64,000 bases of DNA from Tubulanus polymorphus (taxonomy: Eukaryota; Animalia; Nemertea), in the NCBI RefSeq assembly GCF_964204645.1, contig NC_134032.1:10218275-10282274 (forward strand), in the 5' to 3' direction. Each line of letters starts with the position of its first letter. Position 1 is the stretch's first letter. Below, in pieces: positions 25,251 to 40,200 of this stretch. The position numbers were made by a program, and so were the translations under genes. The notes beneath the pieces are model-generated. The model worked only from the letters and a program-made list of their open reading frames with translations, ran no database searches and was not told the origin of the DNA.

Positions 25251-28200
25251 CTCGAAATTAATAAATGCTTCCTCTAAGCCGTTAATGATAAAATTGAATT
25301 ATATTAACAGACTTGAGAACATGGAACTATGTTATGCACGTAAGCCTACCAATATAGAACAGAAAAGTGCCTCGAACAAACTACCGATAATCGCTGCTAC
25401 ATGAAAATTACCGATTTAAACCAGTTAATTATGGCCCCCAAATGCTTGGAAAACGTATCTAAGCACCTATGAATGTAAAATTTTTCTGGGAGAGTGCCCC
25501 CAGACCCCCCGTTCTTGATATGAGCTCGAGCCTTCGGCGCTCGTGCCACCATGCTTTAATTTCGAACCAGCGAGAACACTGCGGGTATATAAGAGGTTGG
25601 CTGGGTGAAATTTAAAGCTCCACAGAATGAAAAGCGAGGTATCAATTTCTTTAGCCAAAGGGTTTTCTTGGCGGTGCATCCTCCTTTAGGTGACGCCTCA
25701 GCTGAATCTGAACGTAGGCCATGAATTCGACCACCGGAAACGATAACGATTGACAAGCACCTAACGATATAATTTCGAATCGAAAAAACTCAGTTATTCG
25801 AAAGAATCCTTTTTATTTTTGCGGCGGAGTTATAGAATAACGCGTTACATGCCTATATCTCATTGACCGGCCACAGGGAGGGCGCGTTTGATGATTACGG
25901 CTTAACGAGTTGCTCATCGAAGTCGATAGGCATAACTTCGCGTATCATTCCATTTTCCATACCAGTCTGAGTAGAACAGTCGATGTCCTTGATGTCAGCT
26001 TCTGTGACGCCATAAGGTTGAGAACAGCTACCAAGTCTAGGCGTTCCTTTGTACGTATACACTGAAACAAACAGCAGTCCGGTGTGTGAATTCAACCTGA
26101 TCCCGCACAACCGCACAACTTTTTTTGCTAAGGGTTCTTTAAGGTGGGATGGCAACATCAGGGAATTTTCTTTTCGTTTTTCGAAAAAAGTGAAATTTTG
26201 TAAAGTAGCGAGAAATCTGGGAAATTTGTTTGAGGCTGCTAGATCGCGCGTAAAATCAAACAGTTTTCGCTGTGTTCTTAGCAGATCAGGGAAAACAATG
26301 CGCGTGTCAGGGAATAAGCATGTCAATTAAAGGTGGCCGGCCTGTATTGTTTTAGTGCCAGCTGGCTAAATGTTGCATTTGCCGCGTCATAAGTGCTGAA
26401 AAGTGTAAATTATACACAGCTACAGACGATGCATACATACCAAACAAGATGTGTGTTTCTCCTTTTTTGAGGCCGGGGTAACCGCACAGGGACCCGGTAG
26501 CTGCGGTCGACACGACCGTCAGAGGGTTTGCCTCCATGGCATCCGCGGGCTAAAATATTCACGCAAAGTACTCAAAGATTAATTCAGAGAAAATAAGCTA
26601 GCTTAGTATATTATGTATTGGTGTAGAAATATTTCGAATGTTACTAAGGCCTTTTTTCTAATTGTTTGGAGTACAGAGTTTTTCAAGAAAAGAGTGGGAG
26701 AGCGAAGGGAAGAAAAATTGGAATTAAAAATTTGTTTATAATAGGCGTTTTCAAATGGAAGGGAACAGGAAGAAAAATAAGAATGAATGTTTTTTTTTTA
26801 AATTATTACAGTATATTCCGCATAAAACTGCAGGAGAAAACATTAAAAAGGAGTGAAAATTGTGATGAATTTGATATGAATGATGGGAGAAATGAAAAAA
26901 AAACTTTTTTGCAAATTACAACTTATTAGATTGAAAATCGGACGGACGTATTAAAAAAAATGTTTCTTTTACTGAAAATTTGTGACGAAAAACAGAAAAA
27001 ATCTGTTTTTAATTTGGTGATTTTTGCACAATTCGGGGTCAGGGAGACAGATCCGTATTCCATGTAATTAGAAAAAGAAGGCCTAAGCGTGTAAATAATG
27101 AAAAATCGTAATCAGACATGTTAGTTTGATCGTGAAATCAGAAACTAGATGTATTTTCTTCCAACAGTGCAGTAGTGATTCAGATGGAAATATGTCAGAG
27201 GTTTGTCTACGAGCGTTTAAGAGTCAATGCCTCTCACCTTGTAGTATTTCTCGGCGTCTATCTTATAGAATACCGTTGCAGCATTGACGTTGCCTGGCGT
27301 CCTTTCTTTCGATAGGATTTTCGCTTTCAGGACTTTCGGCATTTATGGAAAAGAAAAACAAGTGATTTTGAATTGTACGCGTACTTGAACCTATCGATTT
27401 CCCTCAGAGATCCAACTGGTGATGTAAACGTACCGTATTTGGAAGTGCAGAATTTGTATTTCAGCGTTCTTTGCCTGCAGCGACACGACAGGGCGGCCGA
27501 CGATAAGGCCATGAACACTAATACAGCTAGCAATAGTTTCATTGTTTTTTTTTTATCTCTGATACCGAAGACGCAACGAAAATGCTGGAGCATTTATAAT
27601 GAAAATAGAGAAAGCTTTGAATGAAGAAGTCCGACAATTCAAATTTGATACGATGAAATTTATCGAAATGAAGCCGCTGCGTTTTCAGCTGTTGACTAAC
27701 AGCCATAATCTACCTGGATGATGGCTGTTGACAGCGGAATGTTGTGGTTTCATTTAATGAATTTTATCGTATCGAATTTTGATTGTGGGACTTCTTCGTT
27801 CATCAACAGTTTATACGGATAAGACAGTTTTTTAGACGACTACATGGCAAATTATTTATTGAAGGCGTTATTGACGGTATCGTGTGATCCGATTCAAGAA
27901 AGATTGTTCGAAAATAATCAGAAAATACGCTGAAATTATTCCAGGAAGTAGTAGATTTTCAAACACTGAGCAGGGGGTTCGAGACCCCCTTATACTCCCC
28001 TCGGGGTAGGCTACCCCTTCCACCTGTAGAGTTTGGTTACAGATTAGAATTCGATGTTAATTGTTTATGAGAACGAGAAAAAGGTAAAACTCACCTTGTC
28101 GAGAAACTTATACGCACAGCGATGACGATAGTAGTTAGCTTGACAGGTAAAAATGGTGACTAGACGCGAACTAGTTATTCCTGGGTTTATATACGACGGG

Positions 28201-31200
28201 AATGTAATGACCGTTATTATAGTAATCTATATCCAAACGGTAAATATTGTTGATTGCGTGATCCTAAATATGCGACAAACATCGATGATGGGAACCGTCT
28301 GAAAAGGGACAGTTACGTAATGGCAATTTAAAAAATGAAAACCTATATTTCTGATTGAAAATAGCACACAACTTTTGTAAAGCTTTAAGATTGATCATTC
28401 TTAAGTTTTAAGGACGATTTGGCCCCGATTTTGGATCAGACTTGAGTTAAATTTGGCCATTACCTAATTAGAGAGCGCGTTCACACATAAACCAATCACT
28501 CGATACTAAAAAATGCTCAAACAAAGCGAAGTTTCCGGTACTAATTGCAATTGACACGCAATAAGTTGACCCGTGCTAAAATTTAGCTCGGGCCAAACAG
28601 GCTTGGGTCCGTTAGGCACTTGTGTGTACATTTTTTTTCTTTGAATATCATGTTTTTTCATGAGATTGAAGTAAATTCGCTGCGACGACATCCCGTTAAA
28701 AATTGACAATTGGCCGCGGCAATCGATCGCCTCCAACGCGCCTGTGTACACAGCAAACATGACTCTCTTCATTTATGAAAATGATCTAGATGTTTCCGCC
28801 ACTTAACGATGATATTCATATAAAACGATTTCGTATTCGTCACGAATCATTTGACCTCCGGGGGCTCATGATATAGCTAGTATTCGAAATATATTTAAAC
28901 GCAGTTACGTCAAAACGAACAACTTATCATGATTTATCATTGATATATCTACATCGAGAAAAATAGACGATATTTGTGACTTGTCCTCTTAATTATGTCA
29001 ATATAGACTATTCAGAATGCAAATTGTTTTGTATAAACCATGTGGGAATCTATGTCGATATCAGCAGCATGCCTAGATTTTGCGCGAATGAGACTGCCAG
29101 AAACAATAAAGACTGATTAACACCATGGAAATCGCCAATCGGGGAAAAGTAGGGGAAGTTTCTTTTCTTTGAAATAGTCGTGTAAAAGTCTGGGAATTTT
29201 GTTTAAAAAAATGCAAGCTGAACCTCGGGAAATAGTCAGGAATATTTGTTGAGGACGCTGGTTAAATACGGTGAGAATGAAATGTTTGTGGCTCAAATTC
29301 TTGCGCAGCTTGTTGGAACCCAAAAATTATTCGTTTGAAAAAATAATGATACCTCATTTCTCATAATTGGCCGGGTCATTTTGGGAAAAGCTGCGATGAA
29401 ATTTAAAATCAGTTCATTTCTATAGTGCCAACTGCTGGGTCTGCTATGGTTAGCTTGATCATGATTTGAAAAAAAAAATTAATTTACAGGGTTTATAAGA
29501 GGTTGGCTGGGTCAACCTAAAAGCTCCGCGGAATGAAAAACAAGTTATCAATTTCTTTAGGCCTTTTTTAATAGCTTGGTTTACGGGGTAGACCTATTGG
29601 AATATCATTTTGGAGGAGGAAATAAAAAATTTTAAAAGAATTCCCTTAATTAGATAAAATCACTTTTTGAAGGAAGAGAGAACTGTCGATAGGGCAATGT
29701 AGCCTATGTCCAAACAAATGATTCTTGGAAGTTCGAATTCTGCACACTGTGATCAAAACAGAACCTCGCGTTTTTTAATTATCTTCATCAGTCAAGCCAG
29801 GATTCTCATTCGATGGAGACGAAAAAAATTTTTTTGCTCATTTTTTCACTGAATTTGTTCCACGAACGGGAATTTGAAAAAGAAATTAATTTTTATTTGA
29901 CTTTTCTTCAAATTTCGGGAGGCGGTTCCCGTAAACGAAGCTATTCAAAAAAGGCCTTTGGGGGTCATTCATTTATAACGTACGCATTAGGGAAGGGGGA
30001 GGGGTCAGTGCAATTGCATACTGTAAAGCTTAATGTATATGAAAAAATGGCCGATTTTGTGTATAGAAGGGGAGGGGGGTTGAAAAATTCAAATTTTATG
30101 CCTACGTAATTAATGAATGATCCCTTAGCTGAAGGGTTTTATTGGTGCGGTGTATCCTCGGTTAGGCGACGCCTCAGCTGAGTCTGAATGTAAACCATGT
30201 AAACGATGATGATACGGAATTAGACGACCAGAAACAATAACGCCTAACACCTGCAAACACAAACACCTAACGATATTTTTTCAAATCGAAAATATTCAGT
30301 TACTCGAAAGTATCCTTTTTATTTCTGCGAAGAAGTAATAGAATAACGCGTACATCTTATTGAGCGGCCACAGGGCTGTGGCTTTACGAGTTGCTCGGCC
30401 TAATTTCGTGTACGACTCCATTTTCCATACCAGTCTGAGTAGAACAGTCGATGTCCTTGATGTCATTTTCTGTGACGCCGTCAGGTTGAGAACACCTACC
30501 AATTCTCGGTTTTCCTTTGTACATATACACTGAAATGAACAGCAGTGAATACAACTAGATCCCACACAACCGCATTACTTTTTTGCCAAGGTTTCCATTT
30601 AGCGGGGTGGCCAAACTTACGTGGCAATGGAGGGAACGTCAGGGAATTTTCTTTTCTATACAAGAGTCGGGGAATATAGTTGGGGAATTTTATGAAATAG
30701 CTAAAAACCGAGGAAATTTGATTGATGCTGCTAGATCGTGCGTAAATCAGTTTCCGTCTAGCCTATGTCTTACGTATTTGACTGTGATGATTGATTTGAT
30801 TCTTAGCAGATCAAAAGTCAGGGAAAACAACGTGCATCTCGGGGAATAAGGAAGTAAAATTAGGTCGGCCAGCTTGTAGGGCTTTAGTGCCAGCTGGCTA
30901 TTGCCTTCACTCCAAGCAGTTACAATGTCTATCATGGGCTCGATTCACAAGCAAAATACTGTTTTTTTCCGCGCCACAAGTGCTGGAAGGTGTGAACCAT
31001 TTCAGTGCATCTACACCATAGTGCGGTGTATAAATCGGTGATCTTGGATTTTGCTAGTACACTGCACTGCAGTGTATTGCTGTTATTAGTAATAAGTTTT
31101 TATCTCTATAGAAAAACGGCAGCACCTGTCAAACATAGTGAAATATTAGTAACTATTGATACACCGCACCACGGTGTAGACGCACTATAGTAGACTTCCC

Positions 31201-34200
31201 GCTCTTCAACACACTAGGGTGAAATTTATCAAAATTTTCAAATTATCTCCAGCACTATAGGGTATCATTTAGTCAGCACTGAAAGGGTTAATAAGGGCTA
31301 TATACAGCTTCAAACCATGCATACATACCAAACAAGATGTGTGTGTCTCCTATTTTGAGACTGGGGACACCGCACAGAGACCCGGCGGAAGCAGTCGATA
31401 CGAGCGTCAGAGGGTTTGTCTCCATGCCATCCGCGGGCTAAATATCCGCAGCGAAATATAATCAAATGCATAGTACTTTAAAATCAATTCAGAGAAAATA
31501 AGCTAGCTTAATATATTATGTATTGGTGTAGAAATATTTAGAATGTTACTAAGGCCTTTTTTTAATTGCTTGGGGTATGGAGTTTTTCAAGAAAAGAGTG
31601 GGAGGGTGAAGGGAAGAAAAATTAGAATTAAAAAAGTTTTCAATAGGTATTTTCAAATGGAACAGGAAGAAAAATAAGAAATAATGTTTTTTTTTTTAAT
31701 TATTTGAATATTTTCCTCATAAAACTGCAGAAGAAAATTAAAAAGGAGTGAAAATTGTGATGAATTTGATTCTAATGATGGGAGAAGTGAAAAAAGAACT
31801 AACTTTTTTCGCAAATCACAAGATTGAAAATTAAGATGAACATTTTAACTTTAACAAGTCGCTAGATTGAAAATCAGGACTGACTGACTGACTTATTTCT
31901 TTTATTGAAAATTTGTGATGAAAATACGAAGGAAGACTTATAAATGAGTCAGTTTTCGTCAGTTTGATGATGTTTGCTGAATTCTGGGAGGCAGATCCGT
32001 ACTCCAAGTAATTAGAAAAAGGCCTTAGCGTGTAAGTAGTTAAAATATCGTAATCAGACATGTTAGTTTGATCATGAAATCAGAAACTAGATGTTTTTTC
32101 TTCCAACAGTGCAGTAGTGATTCAGATGGAAATATTCCAGAGGTTTGTCTACGATCGTTTGAGTCAAAGCCTCTCACCTTGTAGTATTTCTCAACGTCTA
32201 TCTTATAGGATACCTTTGCAGCAAAAATGTTGCGCGGCCTCCAATGTCTTGATTCAATTTTCGCCTTCACGACTTTCGGAATTTATGAAGAAAAAAAAAC
32301 AAGTGATTTTGAATTGTACGCGTACTCGGGGTCCGATCTAAGGAATAAAAACCATCTGAAATTTTACTTGCCCCCTCAAAAATCTATTTGCCCTACACAA
32401 GCAGTCCAACTGTTGTATCGATTGGAAAATGGCTTCAAGATATAAAAACACACTAGCCTGAGGGACAATTGATAATGACAACCTACTTGCCCTAATGATT
32501 ATATACCTTGTCCTGGGCAATCGGACAAGTGCTTAGAATGGACCCTGGTACTTGATAGATCCAAGCGGCAACATGAACCTACCGTATATGGAAGTGCAGA
32601 AATGATATTTCAGCGATCTTTGTCTGCAGTGACACGACAGGGCGGCCGACGATAAGGCCATAAACACTAATACAGCTAGCAATAGTTTCATGGTATTTTC
32701 GAATCTCTGATACCGGAGACGCAATGAATATGCTGAAACATTTATAATGAGAATACATCTAATTATTTTTTTTAAGTGAAGAAGTCCGACAATTCGAATT
32801 TGATACGATGAAATTTATTAAAATGAAACCACAGCGTTTTCAGCTTTTGACTAACAGCCATTATCATCATCATTCCAGCAGCTGTTGATGGCTGTTATTC
32901 ATCAGCTGAAACGTTTTTGTTTCAGTTATGAATCTTTAATAAATCTTAAATCCTCTATTTATCACATTTGCTCAATATAGGCCTATTTCAAAGCAATCAT
33001 CTGCATTGTCATTCGCACACCTATTCTGGTAGTGGGAGTGGCTGATTTTCAGGGGGTGAATGTAAAAATGAAAGGGGTGACCGCCCCTCTAAAACCTGTG
33101 GTGGAGAACACTGAATGCCCTTAAAAATTGGATGATCATCGGGTTTACTGTCTGGGTCTGCCTATGCATAATTGCTTAATCACCGCTACACGACCTTTTC
33201 ATCTGCTTAAATTATTTATATCGATTGCTGAAATATGCGCTCCAGTCTCTATTGTTCATTAACAGACGATGGCTGTTAATCAACACCTGAAATGTTATGT
33301 TAGGTTCCAAGGTACGTTTCCAGATATTGGAGCAGAGGGGGGTCAAACACCGTGTTTCCGAGTTTCAATTTTTTTCACCTACAGTAATTTCTGGCGGATG
33401 CTGAAACAGCGATTGATTAGAATTTTGGTTAGTTACCGGTAATTAGATCGATATCACCGTCGGAAAGTTTTCAAACACCGAGCAGACGTGGTACCCCTTT
33501 CCATCTTACAGTTTGGTTACAGATTAGAGTTCAACGTTTTACGAGAAATAAGTAAAACTCACCTTGCCGAGAAACTAAAACGCACAGCGGCGGCGATAAT
33601 AGAAAAAATGGTGACTAGATATTCTGGTTATTCTGGGTTTATATACGACACACAGGAATGTAATGATTGTTATTATAGCAATCTATATCGTAACGGTAAA
33701 TATCAATGAATGCGTCCTAAATATCCAATAAACATCGATGATGGGAACCGTCTAATTTGATACGTAACAATTTGATACGTCCAATTTGATACGGGACAGT
33801 TACGTAATGGCAATTTTAGAAAAGAATACCCATATGTCTGATTGAAAATAATAAATGTGGTGGTCGTAAAGCTATAAAGTATGATCGATTTTAGATTCAA
33901 AGGCGCGATGACACGGGGACGATTTGGTCCGGATCGGACTCGAGTCAAATTTGGCCCGTGCCTAATTAGAGAGCGTGTTCACGCGTAAATCACTCACTCG
34001 ATGCTAAACAATGCTCAAACAAAGCGAAGTGGGTCATTTCAGGAACCAGTTGCAATTGACACAAGTTGCAATTTCTCACTCCAGTTGCAATTTTTCGCGG
34101 ATGGAAATTGTTTTGTATGATCCTTGTGCGGGAATCTATGTCGTTATCAGCAACGTAAACCTCGCGTGTAACGCAAATGTGACCGCCACGAACAATGATG

Positions 34201-37200
34201 ACTCGTTAACACACGGAAATCGGGGTAAAGTCAGGGAAATTCCTTCTTTTTTTTAAAGTCAGGGATTAGTCAGGGAATTTTGTTAGAATAAAGCTAAAAT
34301 TAAGGGTAAAGTCGTGGATATTTGTTGAGATTGCTAGATCACACGTGAAATCAAACAGTTTCCGTTTGTATCTTACGTATTTGACTGTGTTAATTGAATG
34401 GATTCTTAGTAGATTGATTCAGGGAAAACTACGTGCATGTAGGGGAATATTGCAGGGATAAAACAAGTCTAATAAAACTTTTTTTTAAAAACAATAATTA
34501 TTTTCTTCCTTTTTAGATTTCTTCAATAATTCAATCAACAATTATCAATATTAAAGTTTATTTTTGCGAATAATTGTCTTTCATTTCTGCAGTGAAAGCT
34601 TGATATAATAACACATCAATACGACTGCGTGGTCAGTGTTTATGGGTTCACTAGTTGCTTGTCGAAATCGATTATCTCGATTGTATCTTTTATGTGATGA
34701 TCCATATCCGTTGTGGTAGAGCAGTCGATGTCCTTGATATCATCTTCTTTGACGCCACGAGGCGACGAACATATACCGATTCTCGGCGCGTTTTTGTACA
34801 TATACACTGAAAAAAAATCGGCAATCCATATTGAAAATGTATTGGTTTGAAGTAAGTCTGCTACTACAGTGCTGCTGGGTGCTATTTTTGTGGAAAAATT
34901 AGATTTTTTTTTAAAGACAAATATCGTGAAATATTGGAATGATCCACAATCTGTATGAACCCTTAGATTTAAACCATTCCGTGCTGCCTAATTAATACCC
35001 GAAAATGCTGGGGGGGTGGAATTCAAAAATTCCACCCCACTGTGTTTTTAAAGGGCATACCACTTTAGTGCGTCTACACCGTGGCGTGGTGTATTGTAAG
35101 TTACTAATATTTCACTTTGTTTGACAGGTGCTGCCATCTTTCATTAGAGATAGAAAACTGATTACTAATAAAATCAATACACCATTATGCGATGTACTAG
35201 CAAAGTCATCACCGATTGATACACCGCACTGCGGTGCCGACACGCTGAAAGGGTTTAGAGTAAAATGTTTGATAACTCTAATACGGTACATACCAAACAA
35301 GATGTGTGTTTCTCCTTCTTCAAGATAGGTGACTCCACACAGGGACCCGGCAGCTGCGGTCGATATGAATTTCACAGGGTTGCTTTCCATGCCATCCGTG
35401 GGCTAAATATTCGCAGTGAAATATAATCAAACAATGCGCTTAAGAATCAATTCAGAGCTGTTTGAATATCAGGTCTTTTTTATTAATTACTAGGAGTATG
35501 GTTTCTTTTTTCAAGAAAAATTGTAGGGTACATTGAATTTTTTCATGACAGGCATTTCGAAGTGGAAGGGCATATGAAAGAAAAAATTAAAATTTTTTTT
35601 CATCGTTCTAGAATTTTCCATGTCATAAAATCTAAGAAGGATTGTCGAAAATTAATTCTAACAGGAGTGAAAATTGTGATGAATTTGATTCAAATGATGG
35701 GAGAAATGAAACAAACTTTTTGCAAAAAGCTCGATTGAAAATTCAAATGACCATAACAAAGAAAATTTTTTTTGGGGGGGGGAAATTGTGATGAAATTAT
35801 GGAGGACAAATTTTTTTCAATTTATTTCTTCTAATAATATTTCTTGAGTTAATAGTGATTTTAATGGGAATATGCTTTATGATTCAAAGTTTTCTTAAGG
35901 GTATTTTCTCGATATTTGTGTTTTGATTAGTTGATTATATCGACTTACCTTGTAGTATTTCTTTACGTCTAACGTGTAGACAATATTCGCCTGGTTGATG
36001 TTGCCCGGTGACTGTTTTTTCGTCAGGATTTCCGCTTCCACGACTTTTGAGAAATGAAAAATGAGTGATTTTGAATTAGGTAATTGAACATATCAATTTC
36101 CTTATAGCTCTTCCAGTTACATGAATAAGGCGGCCACTTGCACCTGGAAATCAGGGAAAGGTCGGGGAATTCCCTTTTCTTTAAAAAAAGTCAGGGAATA
36201 GTCGAGGAATTTTGGAAAAAGCTAAAAATCAGGGACATTTTTTAGGATTGCTAGATCGCGCGTAACATCAAACACCGTCTATGTCTTACGTATTTTCTGT
36301 GTTAATTGATTGGATTTTTTAGCAGATCAAGTCATGGAAAACAAAAAAAGTCGAATAAAAGTGGCCGCCCTGATCAACCTACCATATTTGGAAGTGCAGA
36401 AATGATGTTTTAGCGATCTTCCACCGCAGCTACACGACAGTACAGCCGATGATAAGGCCGCGAACACTAATACAGCTAGCAATAGTTTCATGGTTTTTTT
36501 TCCGAATCTCTGATACTGAACACGCGACGAAAATACTGAAACACCTATAATAGAAATAAAGCAATTTATTCGTTTTTCAAGAATGTACGTAAATCCGATC
36601 GGGTCAGCGGTAAATACATCTAAATCAAGAAAACTAACTTGAAAGTTTTTTGTTGACTTCAAAAAAATAACAAATTACTCCCTAATACTATTGAATAACA
36701 TAATATGATATTAAGGACCACTAAGTTATTTTAAATTTTAATATATCGACAATTGAATTGAATTGACCTGCTAACCCTATTATTTATGATGTAGTGCACA
36801 TCCTCTCAAAATTAATCATTAAAAAGACATGAAAAACTATCGAATGGAAAATAAAAAGGAGTCAAATATCTTAGAAAAAATATCTTAAAAAGTCTTTATA
36901 TGTATTTGATTACGAAGTGAACGCCAAAATTGTAATTGTTATTTTGAAACGCCAATATTGATGATGTAGTGCGCATCAAATCACAGAGAACCCCTTAAAT
37001 AATGCACACTAGGTATCAATGTATATATCAAACATTTTTTCAACTATTTTTACGGCATCAAAGAATTAGATGAAAATTGTATCATATATGCGATGTGATG
37101 GAAATTGACTGGAACGAATTCGACTGAAAAATTTGATTGTATCCACTAAAATGAAAAATGAATATTTCTGGATATTCATAGGCCGATACCATTCATGTCA

Positions 37201-40200
37201 CTCCCTAATCTTCTACTGCCTAGTTCTATTGATATGTTGAGAATCCCACAATGATAACGAAAAAAAATTATGTTATATTCATCTTCAGGAATTTACCAAA
37301 CTGTTTTGTGACTGTTAGAATATAATCGAAACATTGAATAAATGACAAGCTCAAGGAATGCTGATTAGAGATTATTGATGTTAATTGTTTATGAGTATTA
37401 AAGAAAAACTCACCTTGTCGAGAAGCTAATGCGCACAGCGATGACGATAATATTTGGCCAGACTGTAAAAAATTGGTGACTAGACGCGAACTAGTTATTC
37501 CTGGGTTTATATACGACGCAAGAGAGTAATGGCCGTTATTATAGCAATCTATATCCTAACGGTAAACATTGATGATTGCGTCCTAAATATCTGACAAATA
37601 TTTGTAATGGGAACTGTCTGAACGGGGGACACAACATTATGGCCATTGAGAAAAAAAAGGAAAGAAAACCATATCTCTCTGACTAAATGTCACGCTAAAA
37701 CTAGAAATATGCAAAACTGAAGTATGATTGATTTTGAATTTGTATACGCATAGCAAATATATGTCTCTTCGCTGAATTGAAAATAATCTAATCGTTTAAC
37801 CACTTACTGTGCAACATTATTCATGAACGCAGTAATCATTAGTCAGCGAATCATTCGACCTCCGGGGCTCATGATATAGGTGGTATTTAAAGAATAGTTA
37901 CGCGGTTACGTTTAACCAACAATTTATCGTAGTCTATCATTGATATATTTACATGGGAAATGATAGATGTCGTTTATTACGTCAATATAGGCTAGTCATA
38001 CGAATGGAAATTGTTATGTTTTCGTAAAAACTTCGTAAATCTGTGTTACCATCAGCGAATTACCTAAACGTTGCATGTAAGGCATCGCGTCTGTCAAAAT
38101 AGGTCGAAAAAAGGGTTTGAAATAAACGGAATCATTAATTCGATCTTACATGCTCATTGGGTGTGTCCTTTACAAGCTCGTGCCAGGGAAAAAATCAGAT
38201 TCTGGTTGCAATTTCGATAAAAAAAAGGCAATTTCGGAATTTACTGACCGCCTGAAAATTAGTTTTTCTTATCAATACCCATAAATATTGTCGTGAATCT
38301 TTTCTCGCAATGCAATTTTTCGTTTCCGAATTTTTGCTCGCCGAAAAAATTTTTCCTTTCAATCGCTGGAAAATTTTCTCCAAGAGACAAAAGATAGAAA
38401 TACTCATCAGTCACATCTTTAATACATTTTTTTTTCTAAAGGGAATCTAACCTGTTGTCAATTTGTTTCAAGCGGAAAAAATTCTCTCTAATTTCAGTCA
38501 TTCGGTTTACTGGGTCGATAAACTACCTCCGAAACCGGGTCCAGATGGCGTCACTGTCTGCGGTAAGTATTCGAAAAATAATGGCAATTTTTGAACATAT
38601 ATGACTAACCCTATCAGTACCGACTAACTAACAGCCCTAACTTCTTTTAATGCAAGGTTTCTTCATGTGCCCCACCATCTTGAATTCTTGTATTTCTATT
38701 GTACAATTATCATAACTCGAAATGCTTAATAAATCTATAATTTTTTTTCCAGTTCTTACCCCGCGACAGCAACAGCTTGTTTACAACAAACGCGTTCATC
38801 AGGATTATAGGGGAGACAGGTAGGAACCCTGATAGATACATTTATCTAAGAAAATCTAAATTATTTCTTCAAACAAAACTTGAGTATGCCTCAAGAAATA
38901 TCTAATTATTTCTAGTTTGTAAATTTAGAGTTAAACTACCTGCTGGCAAAACATTCTCCTCAGATCCAATGTAGCTTTGATTCTCCCAGTCCAGAACACT
39001 ATTCCATGGACTTTGCAGGGCATGTCCATTATCCTTGTTCTTCAAAACACCTGGAAAAATAGTTTAATTGATTTATTGTAGTTAAATTGTGTAATTCTAT
39101 TTGTTTTCAAATGTTGATGATCTGAAATTTCCAGGATTTATTCCTAAAGTCCAAGACTTGTTTAAATGTTTGTTTATTTTCACCATATTCGTCTAATTTT
39201 TTCTCCAGCGGCGTCAAAGCGACTCCTGATGTTTTCCTGATCAGGTACCTCAAGCAATCCATTATTTTATATCTAACAATTGTTTTTAACAGCTTTATTC
39301 ATTGGATTTTGATGGGAAAGAATATTTACGATGTTTCTATTCAAATTAGAAGTGTGGAATTTTAAAGGGAATTAAAAATTCATTGTTAAGTGTATTCACA
39401 TAGCGTGGCTGGTGAAGTAGCAAGGCTTTCGATCCCCCAAAAATACAGCAAAATTAAGCTTAACTTTTTGGTGTAATCTATTTTTCGCATTAGTTCAATA
39501 TTTCAAAGCAATTATCAGCATTGATAGAATATTAACATCCAGGGAGCATAGAGGCAGCAGATATTTTATTTTTTGCAAGGATTGGCTTGATTTTCAGAGG
39601 GGTGGATGTAAAAATCAAAGGGCTGACCGCCTCTCTAAAACCTGTTGTTGGCGCAAGAAATCTAACAACTTACGATCGGAATGAAACTTAGATCAGCAAA
39701 ATAACTAACTGTTAACTAACTGTGGCTTAATATACAATTCGTAGAGTATTCAACGACTAAGCATTGACAAATACTAACCCTGACATAACCATTTCAGATT
39801 GTTTCTATCTAATGCCTTTTTTTGATATGTAATTACTGACAAAAGCAGCGGGATTTCAACATCAATAAATGCACTTAAGTTTTACATGCTTTTGAATAAT
39901 GTTGGTGTGTCTTTTTCTTTTAATTTTTGTCTAAACTTTTCGTTAAAATTTGACTGTAGGGTTTAAGTATTTGGATAGAAACCAATTTCAACTCTAGCTT
40001 GTAAAACTTATACCAGTATCTACGCGACTGGATCCAAGTCACGTAAGCTCAAAATAGTTAAGTTTCAGTTATTTTCTGAATTGAAAACATGAAGTAACCG
40101 AAGTAACTAAACTAAAAATTTAAGTGTCTCTTCATAAAACCGGACCTGGGCCCAGTTTTATATTATAGTTCTTGGTTAACAGGGTGGCCACTGACCGGGA

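Larger units (their letters stand above)
14725..29274 (+). repeat. Direct tandem duplication of a 7,275-bp unit (14725-21999 and 22000-29274)
   Basis: ORFs internal to the unit recur identically at +7275; junction ACGGTGA|CCAAGTT at 21999/22000; the (TA)n tract has the same length in both copies. Confidence 0.97.

Noticed and set aside
38545-38562. ATGGCG..GCG|gtaagt as an independent THEG start exon
   Set aside because: That ATG is out of frame with the THEG-like reading of the next exons; the exon reads correctly from the 38498 acceptor.
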